A stretch of 64,000 bases of DNA from an uncultured delta proteobacterium (GCA_963727625.1 CAVSHR010000009.1:32001-96000); one strand, 5' to 3'; shown: positions 27,923-38,894, counted from the first letter of the stretch. The notes: generated from the letters alone by a model not told the origin. Made by a program: numbers and translations.

Positions 27923-29157
27923 TTCAAAGCGCGGTACTTTTAAGCACGGGTGACGAGCTTACCACCGGCAAGGTGGTCGATACTAATTCAGCGTTTATCG
28001 CCGAGCGTCTGTTCTCGCTCGGCATCAAAGTGGCCGCCGTGCTAAAAGTCGGTGACGATCGCGACAAGCTCCTCTGGGCCTTTGCGCGCGCACGGGAGCT
28101 TGCCGATTTGATCATCGGTACGGGTGGCCTCGGACCGACGGCGGATGATTTGACTACGGAAATGGTCGCTGAATTCATCGGTGGGAGACTGATTCGAGAC
28201 GAGCAGGTCGCCAGCGGCTTAATGCAACGGTTCGAAACTCGCGGGATTCCCTGGACGGAAAACAATCTCAAGCAAGCGCTTTTTCCCGAAGGCGCGACGA
28301 TCGTTCCCAATCCCGTCGGCACCGCGCCAGGATTTCACGTGAGCCTGGACGAAAACAAAAATCTTTTCTGGCTATCCGGTGTGCCGCAAGAAATGAGCGC
28401 CATGTTCAACGCCACGGTTATGCCTTGGATCGTCGAACAGCAAGGCCAAAACAGAGAGATTTATTCCGGCACGTTTAAAATCTATGGGCTTACGGAATCG
28501 AAGCTGGACAGCCTCGTCAAACCCATCGATCTAGGCGAAGGGGGGAGACTCTCCTTTCGCGCCCATTTTCCCGACTTGACCCTGCGCTTGACGGTGACCG
28601 GCGGCAAGGCTCAAGAAAAAAGTTTCGCTGCAATTTGCGCACGAATCCGCAGCGTTCTTGGCCGACATATCTACGCTGAAGGCGATGTTACCATGGAAGA
28701 TCGAGTCGGCCAGCTGCTTCTCGAAAAGCAGCAAACCCTGGCCCTTGCGGAATCATGCACCGGCGGCTTGATCAGCCGGCGGATTACGCGCATCGCCGGC
28801 AGCTCGGCCTATTACTATGGCGGCGCGGTAACCTATGCCAACGAAGCGAAAGTAAATTTCTTAGGTGTAGAACCGGCGACCCTGGAAAGATACGGCGCCG
28901 TCAGCGAGCAAAGCGCACTGGAAATGTCGCGTGGCATTAGAGAGAGAACCGGTGCAAGTATCGGTCTGAGCGTCACCGGAGTCGCCGGACCGTCCGGCGG
29001 CAGTCCGGAAAAACCGGTCGGCACGGTCTGGATGAGCATCGCGCGGGCGGACTACCACCAAGCCCGCCATTTTCAATTTTACGGCGACCGCGAGCGGGTT
29101 GTTCTGGCGGCCTCTCAGGCCGCGCTCAATTGGCTGCGCACGGCGCTCTTAACTTGA
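27919..29157 (+). CDS. cinA: Competence/damage-inducible protein A (MocF + PncC domains)
   Basis: GDELTTG..DTNS, GGLGPTADD, AESCTGG and TGVAGP motifs. Confidence 0.93.
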   Translation: MIQSAVLLSTGDELTTGKVVDTNSAFIAERLFSLGIKVAAVLKVGDDRDKLLWAFARARELADLIIGTGGLGPTADDLTTEMVAEFIGGRLIRDEQVASGLMQRFETRGIPWTENNLKQALFPEGATIVPNPVGTAPGFHVSLDENKNLFWLSGVPQEMSAMFNATVMPWIVEQQGQNREIYSGTFKIYGLTESKLDSLVKPIDLGEGGRLSFRAHFPDLTLRLTVTGGKAQEKSFAAICARIRSVLGRHIYAEGDVTMEDRVGQLLLEKQQTLALAESCTGGLISRRITRIAGSSAYYYGGAVTYANEAKVNFLGVEPATLERYGAVSEQSALEMSRGIRERTGASIGLSVTGVAGPSGGSPEKPVGTVWMSIARADYHQARHFQFYGDRERVVLAASQAALNWLRTALLT

Positions 29158-29170
29158 ATCGCCTGAAACT

Positions 29171-29746
29171 GTGATTCGCGCTTTCATTGCCGTTACTCTA
29201 GAGCCCCAAGTCATCGCCAAAATCGCGGCAGCCATCGATCAACTAAAACGGCAGATCCCCAACGTGCGCTGGGTACAGCCGCGCAATCTTCACGTGACGC
29301 TGAAATTCCTCGGCGACATCGATGAAACACTGGTCGAGCCGATCGGCGCCGCGCTGAACCGGCAACTCTGCCTCTTTCCGCGCTGCACCATAAATGCTAA
29401 AGGTTTAGGGGTATTTCCAGGGCTCAAACGACCGCGCGTGTTATGGGTCGACTTGGCCGGTAGCCGATTGGTTTCGTTAGCTTTGAAAATAGAATCTGCG
29501 CTACAGCCCCTTGGTTTTGCGCCGGAGACGAGAACATTCACGCCGCATTTAACCATCGGACGATGGCGGCAGATGGACAGAGTGCCGCGATCGTTCGCTT
29601 GGCAGCTGGAGCCGTGGCAAACCTATGAATTCGGCGCATCCGAAGTCGAGCACGTGAAATTCATTCAAAGCGTGCTAAAACCCGAAGGCGCAAACTATTT
29701 TGAGTTAACAGCGGTGCCGCTAAGCGACCAGCAAGCCGCTCAATAA
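29171..29746 (+). CDS. thpR: RNA 2',3'-cyclic phosphodiesterase (2H family)
   Basis: [13 protein letters not shown] and PHLTIGR (two HxT motifs). Confidence 0.92.
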   Translation: MIRAFIAVTLEPQVIAKIAAAIDQLKRQIPNVRWVQPRNLHVTLKFLGDIDETLVEPIGAALNRQLCLFPRCTINAKGLGVFPGLKRPRVLWVDLAGSRLVSLALKIESALQPLGFAPETRTFTPHLTIGRWRQMDRVPRSFAWQLEPWQTYEFGASEVEHVKFIQSVLKPEGANYFELTAVPLSDQQAAQ

Positions 29747-29771
29747 CCCGGCGTTGCGAAGGAGGCAGGAG

Positions 29772-30836
29772 ATGGATGCAAATCGAGAAAAAGCAATCGA
29801 CTTGGCGGTGAGCCAGATCGAACGGCAGTTCGGCAAGGGCGCCATCATGAAGCTGGGCGAAGCCGGTGTGCCCAAAGACCTGCCCGTGCTCTCGACTGGC
29901 TCTCTAGGCCTCGATATCGCGCTGGGAATCGGCGGCGTGCCGCGCGGCCGCGTGATTGAAATTTACGGCCCGGAGTCTTCGGGTAAGACCACGCTGGCCC
30001 TGCACATTGTCGCGGAAGCCCAGAAACTGGGCGGCATGGGCGCGTATATCGATGCGGAACACGCCCTCGACCTCGGCTATGCAAAAAAGCTCGGCGTCAA
30101 TACCGACGAATTGCTGATCTCCCAACCCGATCACGGCGAACAAGCTCTGGAAATCGCCGAGACCCTGGTGCGCAGCGGTGCGATTGACGTGTTGGTCATT
30201 GACTCGGTTGCCGCACTCGTGCCCAAGGCGGAAATCGAGGGCGAGATGGGCGACTCTCACATGGGCTTGCAGGCCCGGCTGATGTCGCAAGCGCTGCGCA
30301 AATTGACCGCTACCATTGCCCGCTCCATGACCGTGGTCATCTTTATCAACCAGATCCGCATGAAGATCGGCGTCATGTTCGGCAACCCGGAAACCACCAC
30401 CGGCGGCAATGCGCTCAAGTTTTACGCTTCAGTGCGCATGGACATCCGGCGCATCGGAGCGCTCAAGGACGGCGACAACATGATTGGCGGCCGCACTCGC
30501 GTCAAGGTCGTCAAGAACAAAGTCGCGCCGCCGTTTAAAGAAGCTGAATTCGACATCCTTTACGGCACCGGCATCTCCCGCGACGGCGAGATCGTTGATC
30601 TTGGCAGCGAGAGTGGCGTCGTCGAAAAGAGCGGCGCTTGGTATTCCTACGGCGGCGAACGCATCGGCCAGGGTCGGGAAGCGGCGAAGAATTTTCTCAA
30701 GGAACACCCCGAGACGGCCAACGAGATTATGGGCAAAGTCATGGAAAAAATAGGCATAAAACGGACCGCGTCCGATTCTGCGGCGGCGAGCGTCGTAGCT
30801 GCCCCGGATAAGAAAGAAAAAGGCAAAGGCAAATAG
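29772..30836 (+). CDS. recA: Recombinase RecA
   Basis: [26 protein letters not shown] and [10 protein letters not shown] motifs; GGAG RBS. Confidence 0.99.
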   Translation: MDANREKAIDLAVSQIERQFGKGAIMKLGEAGVPKDLPVLSTGSLGLDIALGIGGVPRGRVIEIYGPESSGKTTLALHIVAEAQKLGGMGAYIDAEHALDLGYAKKLGVNTDELLISQPDHGEQALEIAETLVRSGAIDVLVIDSVAALVPKAEIEGEMGDSHMGLQARLMSQALRKLTATIARSMTVVIFINQIRMKIGVMFGNPETTTGGNALKFYASVRMDIRRIGALKDGDNMIGGRTRVKVVKNKVAPPFKEAEFDILYGTGISRDGEIVDLGSESGVVEKSGAWYSYGGERIGQGREAAKNFLKEHPETANEIMGKVMEKIGIKRTASDSAAASVVAAPDKKEKGKGK

Positions 30837-30851
30837 TTTACAAAGTTAATT

Positions 30852-31352
30852 CTGGCACCGAGGAAAAATAGCGGCCAAGCAGCAACCTCAGGCGCGGCAG
30901 AGGACGCGCTGAATGCGGCGCTGCGATATTTAGGCTACCGTTCACGTAGCGAAGCCGAAGTTCGACAGTACCTGCGCCGGCGGGGCTACCTGCCCGCGGC
31001 CGCTGATAAAGTGATCGATAAGCTTCGTTCATTCCACTACCTAAACGACGAGGCATTTGCCCGCAGCTGGGCCCTGGCACGCGCCCAAGAGCGCGGCTAC
31101 GGCCCACGGAGAATCGACCAGGAATTGAGAAGCAAGGGTATCGGTCAAGCTCTGATCCGCGCCACGCTTAAAGAAACTTTCGATCAGGTCGACGAAGCGG
31201 CGAGCGCAAAGCGGCTTTTGGCGAAACGCTTCAAAGGCGAAAGCTTAAAAGAGCCGAAAACCCAGCGTCGCGCCGCGGCTTACTTACAGCGCCGCGGCTA
31301 TGACAATCAAGTTATTTTCGACCTACTCCGTTTTCCGACAGAAGAAGACTGA
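30852..31352 (+). CDS. recX: Regulatory protein RecX (start non-canonical or uncertain)
   Basis: Frame is open from 30837. It reads ALRYLGYRSRSEAEVRQYLRRRGY..YLNDEAFA..GPRRI..LQRRGY, so the conserved first repeat lies upstream of the first GTG (31011). Confidence 0.85.
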   Translation: MAPRKNSGQAATSGAAEDALNAALRYLGYRSRSEAEVRQYLRRRGYLPAAADKVIDKLRSFHYLNDEAFARSWALARAQERGYGPRRIDQELRSKGIGQALIRATLKETFDQVDEAASAKRLLAKRFKGESLKEPKTQRRAAAYLQRRGYDNQVIFDLLRFPTEED

Positions 31353-31359
31353 TGGAATC

Positions 31360-33996
31360 ATGATCACCGGAAACCAAATACGCCAATCATTCTTGGATTA
31401 CTTTGCCAAACAAAGCCATACGGTGGTGCGCAGCTCATCGCTGGTACCGGACAAGGATCCGACCCTGCTTTTCACTAACGCGGGTATGGTGCAGTTCAAG
31501 AACGTCTTTCTTGGCCAAGACCGCCCTCCTTATACGCGCGCCGCCAGCGCGCAAAAATGTCTGCGTATCAGCGGCAAGCACAACGATCTCGAAGCGGTCG
31601 GCCGCGATACCTATCACCACACGTTTTTTGAGATGCTCGGCAACTGGTCCTTCGGCGATTATTATAAAGCCGAAGCGATCGAGTGGGCCTGGACGCTATT
31701 GACCAAGGAATGGGGCCTGCCCAAAGACAAGCTCTACGCCACGGTTTATCTCAACGACGATGAAGCGGAAAAACTTTGGTTCAAAATCAGCGGGCTGCCA
31801 TCGGAGCGGGTGAGCCGTTTCGGCGACAAGGAAAATTTCTGGGAAATGGGGGAAACCGGTCCCTGCGGACCGTGCAGCGAAATTCATCTCGACCGAGGAC
31901 CGCAAGCCTGCGACATGTCCGGCGTGGCGGGCCATGAGTGCCGAGTGAACGGCGATTGCGCTCGTTACATCGAGCTGTGGAATCTAGTTTTTATTCAGTA
32001 CAACCGCAAAGAAAACCGCGAGCTGGTGGAATTGCCTTCTAAGCACGTCGACACCGGCATGGGCTTGGAGCGCATCACCGCCGTCTTGCAAAAAGTCTTA
32101 TCGAACTACGATATCGATTACCTGCGCGAGCTCACCGCGAGCACCGAAAGACTCACCGGCAAAAAGTATGGCGCCAATTCGGCGGAGGATATTTCTTTTC
32201 GCGTGATCGACGATCACGCCCGGGCGGTGAGTTTCTTGATCGCCGACGGTGTCATGCCAAGCAACGAAGGGCGCGGCTATGTCTTGCGCCGGCTCTTGCG
32301 CCGCGCCGCGCGCCATGGACGGTTAATCGGTTTGCAACAGCCGTTCCTGCATGAAGTCGCCAAGACCGTGGCGGCGGTGATGGGCGACGCCTATCCGGAG
32401 CTACGCAAGGAAGAACAGCGGGTTCGCGACGTGATTCGCATCGAAGAGGAACGTTTTGGCGAAACCCTGGAAAAGGGACTAACGCTGCTCGAAGAGGCCA
32501 CCGCAAAACTTCGGGCGGAGAAAAAAAATATACTTCCCGGCGAAGTTGCCTTCCGTCTTTATGACACATTCGGCTTTCCACTCGATCTGACCGAAGACAT
32601 CCTGCGCGGCGAATCCATAGGCGTCGACCAGGCGGGCTTCGAGAAACTGATGGAAGAGCAGCGGACACGAGGTCGTGACGCGCGCGACACTAGCAGTATG
32701 GAATCGAAGATTCAGCTCGATCGCCAGGTGTGTTTCATCGGCTATAATCACCTCGACGGTGAGTCGTCAGTTCTTGCGATATACGGCAATGGCAACGGTA
32801 AACACGAAGCCGTCGAAGGCGATGAAATCGATTTGCTCACCGCCGAAACTCCTTTTTATGGTGAGTCCGGCGGCCAAGTCGGCGACCGCGGCACGATCAT
32901 CACGTCCCGCGGCGACGTCATCGAAGTCATCGACACACAACATCCGACGCCGCAACTCACCGCCCATCGCGCCAGAGTCAAAAAAGGCCGGGTTCAGATC
33001 GGCGACAATGTTCGCCTAATCGTCGACCCTAAGCACCGGCAAAGAACCAAGCTCAACCACTCGGCTACGCACATTTTGCACGCGGTCCTGCGCCGGGAAT
33101 TGGGACAGCAGGTGCGCCAGGCGGGCTCCCTGGTAACTCCCGAGCGGTTGCGCTTCGACTTTAGCCATACCGGCGCGATCGCCGACGAAAAGCTTGCGTC
33201 GATCGAAGTCGAAGTCAATCAGCATATTCGCGAGGATGCGGGTGTTTCCATTGAGGAGTTGAGCTACGACGAGGCGATTCACCGCGGCGCCCTCGCTTTC
33301 TTCGGCGACAAATACGGAGATCGCGTGCGCGTCGTTAAGATCGGCAATTTTTCCACCGAGCTATGCGGCGGAACCCATGTGCAGGCTTCCGGCGAAATCG
33401 GGTTATTCAAGCTCCATTCCGAGGGCGGCGTTGCCGCGGGCGTGCGTCGCGTCGAAGCTTTTACCGGTGAAGGCGCCCTGGATCTAATTCACAATTACGA
33501 ACAACGGCTCAAGGAAATCGGCAACCTGGTGCGCGGCAGCGCCGCTGACGCCGTGGATAAAGTCAAGAAACTGCTCGAGCGTCAAAAAGAGCTCGAGAAG
33601 GAAATCGACAAATTGCGCGGTCAGCTTGAGAAAGACCGGATTCCCGAACTGCTCGCCAGGCAGCGTTCCGTCGACGGCGCCAACGTTTTGGTCAGCCGGG
33701 TCGACGGCGTCGACGGCAAGCAACTGCGCGACCTCGCGGATCAGCTCAAGGAAAAACTCGGCGCGGCCGTCATCGTCCTGCTCAGCGCGGGGGAAGCCAA
33801 CGTCAATCTAGTCGCCTCGGTCAGCAATGAACTCACCAAGCGCTATCACGCAGGCAACATAATCAAAGAGCTCGCCGGGATAGTTGGCGGTGGGGGCGGC
33901 GGGCGACCCGACTTCGCCCAGGCAGGCGGCAGTGACCCAGCCAAGATCGATGCGGCGCTCCAGCGCGCCGAAGAAATGTTTCGCCAGGCCAAATGA
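31360..33996 (+). CDS. alaS: Alanine--tRNA ligase
   Basis: LLFTNAGMVQFK, HHTFFEMLGN, DTGMGLER, ELCGGTH and GGGRPDFAQAGG motifs. Confidence 0.99.
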   Translation: MITGNQIRQSFLDYFAKQSHTVVRSSSLVPDKDPTLLFTNAGMVQFKNVFLGQDRPPYTRAASAQKCLRISGKHNDLEAVGRDTYHHTFFEMLGNWSFGDYYKAEAIEWAWTLLTKEWGLPKDKLYATVYLNDDEAEKLWFKISGLPSERVSRFGDKENFWEMGETGPCGPCSEIHLDRGPQACDMSGVAGHECRVNGDCARYIELWNLVFIQYNRKENRELVELPSKHVDTGMGLERITAVLQKVLSNYDIDYLRELTASTERLTGKKYGANSAEDISFRVIDDHARAVSFLIADGVMPSNEGRGYVLRRLLRRAARHGRLIGLQQPFLHEVAKTVAAVMGDAYPELRKEEQRVRDVIRIEEERFGETLEKGLTLLEEATAKLRAEKKNILPGEVAFRLYDTFGFPLDLTEDILRGESIGVDQAGFEKLMEEQRTRGRDARDTSSMESKIQLDRQVCFIGYNHLDGESSVLAIYGNGNGKHEAVEGDEIDLLTAETPFYGESGGQVGDRGTIITSRGDVIEVIDTQHPTPQLTAHRARVKKGRVQIGDNVRLIVDPKHRQRTKLNHSATHILHAVLRRELGQQVRQAGSLVTPERLRFDFSHTGAIADEKLASIEVEVNQHIREDAGVSIEELSYDEAIHRGALAFFGDKYGDRVRVVKIGNFSTELCGGTHVQASGEIGLFKLHSEGGVAAGVRRVEAFTGEGALDLIHNYEQRLKEIGNLVRGSAADAVDKVKKLLERQKELEKEIDKLRGQLEKDRIPELLARQRSVDGANVLVSRVDGVDGKQLRDLADQLKEKLGAAVIVLLSAGEANVNLVASVSNELTKRYHAGNIIKELAGIVGGGGGGRPDFAQAGGSDPAKIDAALQRAEEMFRQAK

Positions 33997-34095
33997 ACTC
34001 GGAACCTCGCGCTAATCTTGTCAATTGCCACGGTTTCTCTGCACGAGAGACTCAACGTGGATAGGCTCGGCAGTTTCTAGGAACACTGAGTAAGC

Positions 34096-34527
34096 GTGTT
34101 AACGATCCGCGCCAAGAAAATCATCGAAAAGACCTCCGGGTTCTGCGATATCATTGACATAACGCCCAAGGTTCGCGCGCATATCGAGAAACGAAGAAAA
34201 TTCGCAGCGGATTGGTCATGCTCTTCGTTTCCGGTTCCACTGCGGCGCTCACGACCATTGAATACGAGCCGGGGCTGATCCAGGATTTAAAGGAGTTCGT
34301 CGAGCAGCAAATTCCGTCCAACCGTCGCTATCATCACGACGACCGCTGGGGCGACGATAACGGTTTCTCTCACCTGCGCGCCTCGCTTTTCGGTCCGTCG
34401 ATAACCATTCCGATCGAGAACGGTCGTCGCAAGCTTAGGCACCTGGCAACAAGTGATCCTGCTCGATTTTGACAATCGCCCGCGCACGCGGGAAATCATC
34501 GTCCAGCTTATAGGAGAAAGCGAGTGA
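34096..34527 (+). pseudogene. YjbQ/UPF0047 family gene broken by two frameshifts
   Basis: IIDIT (frame A), then GSTAALTTIEYEPGL..HDDRWGDDNGFSHLRASL (frame B), then LGTWQQVILLDFDNRPRTR (frame A again). Shifts near 34195 and 34432. Confidence 0.75.
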
Positions 34528-35549
34528 AAGACGAAAAGAAGCAAAGCGCCGGTGTCGTCACCCAGGTGGGCGTCAACTTTCTCGAATTCAATGATCCGCG
34601 GCTGTTTCGCGATCTGTTGGGGCAGCATGATCAGCATATAAAAATCATCCAACAAACCTTGCAGGTGAAGATTCGCGTGCGCGGCTCGGGAATAGAGATC
34701 GAAGGCGATCCGCTGCAAGTGGAGCTCGCCAGCCAAATTCTGCGCCAACTCTACGGCCTGTTGGAGAAGGGTTATCCGGTTTACGCCAGCGACGTTGACT
34801 ACGCGATTCGCATTTTGAGCGCCGACTCGCGCGCTCGCTTGCAGGAAATCTTTCTCGATACGATTTATATTTCGGCGCACAAGCGCACGATCACGCCGAA
34901 AAGCATCGCGCAGAAAGCCTACATCGACGCGATCCGCCGCTACGACATCGTGTTCGGCATCGGTCCCGCCGGCACCGGCAAAACCTATCTCGCCATGGCG
35001 ATGGCGGTCGCTGAGCTGATGAAGAATAATTACGTGCGTATCATTCTGACTCGGCCGGCAGTTGAAGCGGGTGAGAAACTGGGTTTCTTGCCCGGCGATT
35101 TGGCTGAGAAGGTCAATCCTTACTTACGCCCGCTTTACGATGCATTGCACGATATGGTCGACTTTGACCGCGCCCGCAAGCTGGTCGAACGGGGCACCAT
35201 CGAGGTAGCGCCGTTGGCGTTTATGCGCGGCAGGACTTTGAACGACTCTTTCGTGATTCTCGACGAGGCGCAGAACACCACGCCTGAACAGATGAAGATG
35301 TTTCTGACCCGGCTCGGTTACGGTTCGAAAGCGGTGATCACCGGCGACGCCACACAGATCGATTTGCCGGCCGGCAAGCTTTCCGGATTGAAAGAGGCGT
35401 CGCGCATTCTCAAAGGCGTGCAGGGCATCCGCTTCATTCCGTTCACCGAAAAAGACGTCGCGCGCCACCACCTGGTGCAGGAGATCATCACCGCGTACGA
35501 ACGGGACGAGAATCAGTCGAGCGTGCGGGATTTCCCGGAAAAAATCTGA
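34524..35549 (+). CDS. phoH: PhoH-like ATPase
   Basis: GPAGTGKTYLA, RPAVEAGE.LGFLPG, MRGRT and DEAQN motifs. Confidence 0.93.
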   Translation: MKDEKKQSAGVVTQVGVNFLEFNDPRLFRDLLGQHDQHIKIIQQTLQVKIRVRGSGIEIEGDPLQVELASQILRQLYGLLEKGYPVYASDVDYAIRILSADSRARLQEIFLDTIYISAHKRTITPKSIAQKAYIDAIRRYDIVFGIGPAGTGKTYLAMAMAVAELMKNNYVRIILTRPAVEAGEKLGFLPGDLAEKVNPYLRPLYDALHDMVDFDRARKLVERGTIEVAPLAFMRGRTLNDSFVILDEAQNTTPEQMKMFLTRLGYGSKAVITGDATQIDLPAGKLSGLKEASRILKGVQGIRFIPFTEKDVARHHLVQEIITAYERDENQSSVRDFPEKI

Positions 35550-35591
35550 ATCGGAACTTTCAACCCCGCCGGCTGGAGCGGTCGCCGCGGT

Positions 35592-36728
35592 TTATTGAAC
35601 CGCCTCCAGCGTCACCTTAGTCTGCACGGTTCGGCCGTCGCGCAACATGGAAATAGTCACCGCGTCGCCGACTTTGTATTTTTCCAAAAGTAAATATAGA
35701 TCGTTCGGCGATTCAACTTTTTTACCGTCGATGGCGATGATGATATCGCCCAGACGCAAGCGTCCATCGGAATCGCGTCGAGTCGGCCGAATTCCCGTCC
35801 GTGCCGCCGCGCTGCCCCTTACGACATCGACCACCAACACGCCGGTCACGCCGAGTCTCTGGGCTATCTGTTCGTCGGCGATTTGAATGCCCATTCCCGG
35901 CCGTGTGATTTTGCCGCTGCGAATTAGCTCCGGCACGATGCGATTAACGGTGTCCACCGGTATCGCAAAGCCGATACCCGCCGAGGCGCCGGATGGGCTG
36001 TAGATTGCCGTATTGACACCGATCAATCGACCAGCGCTGTCCAGCAGCGGACCGCCGGAGTTTCCCGGGTTGATCGCCGCGTCGGACTGAATCACGCCTT
36101 GAATTGGCCGGCGCGTGACCGATTCAATCTCGCGGTTGAGCGCGCTGATCACCCCGGTTGTCAGAGTTTGATCCAGGCCGAAGGGATTGCCGATGGCGAA
36201 AACACTCTGTCCCACCTGCAAATTTTTCGACGTGCCGATGGGTATCGGATGCAGCCGGTTGGCCGGCGCGTCAATGCGCAGCACGGCGAGATCTTTGTCC
36301 GGCGCCGCGCCGACCACGCGCGCTTTCCAGTTGGATTGGTCGGCCAAGGTGACCTGTGCGGCGTCGGCATTTTGGATCACATGAAAATTGGTAATGACAT
36401 TGCCGCGGGTATCCCACACAAATCCGGAGCCGGTACCCTGGGGAATTTGATAGAGGTTTAGGGTGAAGAGATCACGTTCTACGCCGATCGCCGTGATGTT
36501 CACCACCGCAGGAGAGGCTTGCCGAAACAAAGCGATGGTGGATCTTTCGTCCGATAGAAGCTCCCCCCTAGGCATCACGGCCCGAGGCGCCGCGCGAGGA
36601 TCGTTAAGAGCCGCACCACCAACCCAGGAATCACGAATCAACAGGAAACTGATTACGGCAAGAGCAACGACTGCACAGATGTGAGTCCAAACTGAGCGCC
36701 GCCCCGCCGCTGGGTCCGTTGTCGACAT
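35592..36728 (-). CDS. HtrA/Deg-family trypsin-like serine protease with PDZ domain
   Basis: GSGFVWD, TNFHV, DLAVL and AAINPGNSGGPL catalytic motifs; N-terminal TM. Confidence 0.93.
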   Translation of the reverse strand: MSTTDPAAGRRSVWTHICAVVALAVISFLLIRDSWVGGAALNDPRAAPRAVMPRGELLSDERSTIALFRQASPAVVNITAIGVERDLFTLNLYQIPQGTGSGFVWDTRGNVITNFHVIQNADAAQVTLADQSNWKARVVGAAPDKDLAVLRIDAPANRLHPIPIGTSKNLQVGQSVFAIGNPFGLDQTLTTGVISALNREIESVTRRPIQGVIQSDAAINPGNSGGPLLDSAGRLIGVNTAIYSPSGASAGIGFAIPVDTVNRIVPELIRSGKITRPGMGIQIADEQIAQRLGVTGVLVVDVVRGSAAARTGIRPTRRDSDGRLRLGDIIIAIDGKKVESPNDLYLLLEKYKVGDAVTISMLRDGRTVQTKVTLEAVQ

Positions 36729-37415
36729 GAATATTATCCTCTGCCGTGCAGCCAACACGCAAAATTTGAAAACAATTTAAACGCATCCGTTGGGCGCCTG
36801 TTTGTTCATAACACAATTCGGAGCCCAAATTCCAAAGCCGTTCTTAGCCGCACCCAACTAACATTGCACGTTCGTGCGCGTCCAACACCCAGAACTAACA
36901 TTCGAGAGATCGGAAACAATCCAAACTTCCGAGTGCCCGAACACGGGAAAGTAAAACCACGACGCCCGGAGTAGCAGCGAAAAAAATAATTGAAAATTGC
37001 GGGGTACGCTTCTTAAAGGCGTTAGCAGGGCATCGCACCTGGGAGACTGTACGGCGCGGGCAAGCGCGGCGATAGCTGTGAACACCACGCTCGCGTTTTA
37101 AACAACTTGAATTCTCTTTCTCTGATATCACCCTCGCTCAGTTTTGGGTCGCGCTATCGTTAAAACGCCACTATCGTAGCCGGCAGTTAGCCGATCACGA
37201 TCAATCTCGAATGGCGACGTTATCGCCTAGCGATAGCGGCATCGTACGACTCGTATTTCGCGTAGCCTCGGCAGCGGCGGGCGACGCGTCATCAACCTTT
37301 TGGCGCGGTTGCTCCATCGACCCTTTGCAAGTGTCGTTGGAAGCAAATCCGCCATGTTGTTTCGCCTCCCTTAATTTCGATTTCTTCACGGAAAGCCAGA
37401 CAAAGAATGAGTTTC

Positions 37416-37817
37416 TCAAACTACGTGAATATCGATTTTTCTCGGTTTGGCTTCTTCGGCCTTGGGTAAATTTAAGGTGAGCACGCCGTTTTTGAGCTCC
37501 GCCGATATTTTTGCTTGATCGACTCTTTCGCTCAGTTCGAACTGCCGAAAAAAATTAACCAGATCATATTCCCGGTAGACCAGTTCCCCGGTCGCGGAAT
37601 GCGTCCCTTTGCCTCGAATCGTCAACAAATTGTTTTCGACGCGCACATCCAGGCCGTCTTTGGCGACTCCGGGTAAATCCGCCTTTACCACAAGACCTTC
37701 GGGAGTTTCGTAGATATCGACCGGCGGCGTCACAGCCCGTTCTTGGCTGCGGGTCACCTCCCGGCCGGCAGGTTCTTTCTCTTGCGGATATTCCGGCACG
37801 GTTTTTTCTGCCATCAT
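37416..37817 (-). CDS. Small heat shock protein (Hsp20)
   Basis: PPVDIYET, ADLPGV and AELKNGVLTLNLPK. Confidence 0.93.
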   Translation of the reverse strand: MMAEKTVPEYPQEKEPAGREVTRSQERAVTPPVDIYETPEGLVVKADLPGVAKDGLDVRVENNLLTIRGKGTHSATGELVYREYDLVNFFRQFELSERVDQAKISAELKNGVLTLNLPKAEEAKPRKIDIHVV

Positions 37818-37840
37818 GGTTCTCTCCTTCGCGGGGCTGG

Positions 37841-38299
37841 TTACGCTACTTTGACGGTAACTTGACGCGGCTTGGCTTTTTCCGCCTTTGGTAAGGTAAT
37901 CCTCAATAGTCCATTTTTATATTCGGCTTGAATCCGCTCATCATTGACTTCGACCGGTAGCTCGAAAGTTCGCACGAACTTGCCGCTCGAACGCTCGCTT
38001 CTGTGAAAGGCTTCCGGTTTCACGTCGGCCGAAATACGACTTTTCTCTCCCGATAAAGTGAGTCGGCTTTGCATTACCGTAACGTTAAACGATTGCGGAT
38101 CCACACCGGGAGTGAGCGCTTCGACGTACAAATTGTCTTTGTCCTCGAGCAAATTCACCAATGGATAACGTCGCGGCCCGCGGCCTGGTAAGAAGGCAAC
38201 TCGGTGCGAAGGCCCCTCCGCCAAAGTAAATTCGTCAAAGGCTTTATCGATGTCGCGCCGTAATTGGTCCATGTCTGCAAACGCGTTCCATTGTGCCAT
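37841..38299 (-). CDS. Small heat shock protein (Hsp20)
   Basis: YPLVN, ERSSGKFVRTFELP and AEYKNGLLRITLPK. Confidence 0.93.
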   Translation of the reverse strand: MAQWNAFADMDQLRRDIDKAFDEFTLAEGPSHRVAFLPGRGPRRYPLVNLLEDKDNLYVEALTPGVDPQSFNVTVMQSRLTLSGEKSRISADVKPEAFHRSERSSGKFVRTFELPVEVNDERIQAEYKNGLLRITLPKAEKAKPRQVTVKVA

Positions 38300-38343
38300 G
38301 ATAATCTACCTCCGAGTGTTTTAGGACGCCGTCTCTTCTTGCG

Positions 38344-38372
38344 AAGTTAGTCACGCTTCAGCGCTTGTCAAG
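38344..38372 (-). promoter_or_regulatory. Candidate promoter of the hsp20 pair
   Basis: cTTGACA-N16-TAACTT upstream of a GGAGG RBS. Confidence 0.5.
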
Positions 38373-38592
38373 GGTGAGCGCAACACGCCGCCCGCCGCGC
38401 GAATGGGCCGTTTGCCTCATTTACTCGACGACAAAAGCAATTTTCTGACAGGGGAAATTGTCGAGAGAGCACGGGACGTCAAATTCGGTGCTTTCCAACA
38501 TTGGGGGCAAGCACAAATCGCTAGAAAAGTTTTCCGCTAGTGAAATTACAATGGATCAAATGGTCTCTTCAATTTGCCGCCAACCGTTTGCA

Positions 38593-38880
38593 TTAAAAGC
38601 GTCGCCCGAGCCGGCGCAAGAAGACGACCTGTTCCCGCCGCAGGTTGATCAACTGGTCGCGCATATGCAGGGCGACCTCGACCCCCGCCAGATTGACGCC
38701 TAATTCATTGACGAGAACCTGCGCCACGCGAATCCGATCGACTTGCTCGACTGGATAGAGTTTCAAGCGGCGGCGCTTGATCGATTGAATCACATGCTCA
38801 CGCTCGAGGTAGCGGACGAATTCCTCACTCACATCACAGACCTCGATCACCTCGGTCATGCGAAAATATTTTTTCACCAT
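38593..38880 (-). CDS. MerR-like chaperone modulator / repressor (CbpM/HspR-like)
   Basis: 95 aa immediately downstream of dnaJ; LVNELGVNLAGVEVALHM motif. Confidence 0.8.
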   Translation of the reverse strand: MVKKYFRMTEVIEVCDVSEEFVRYLEREHVIQSIKRRRLKLYPVEQVDRIRVAQVLVNELGVNLAGVEVALHMRDQLINLRREQVVFLRRLGRRF

Positions 38881-38894
38881 CGTTTAGTCTCGTT

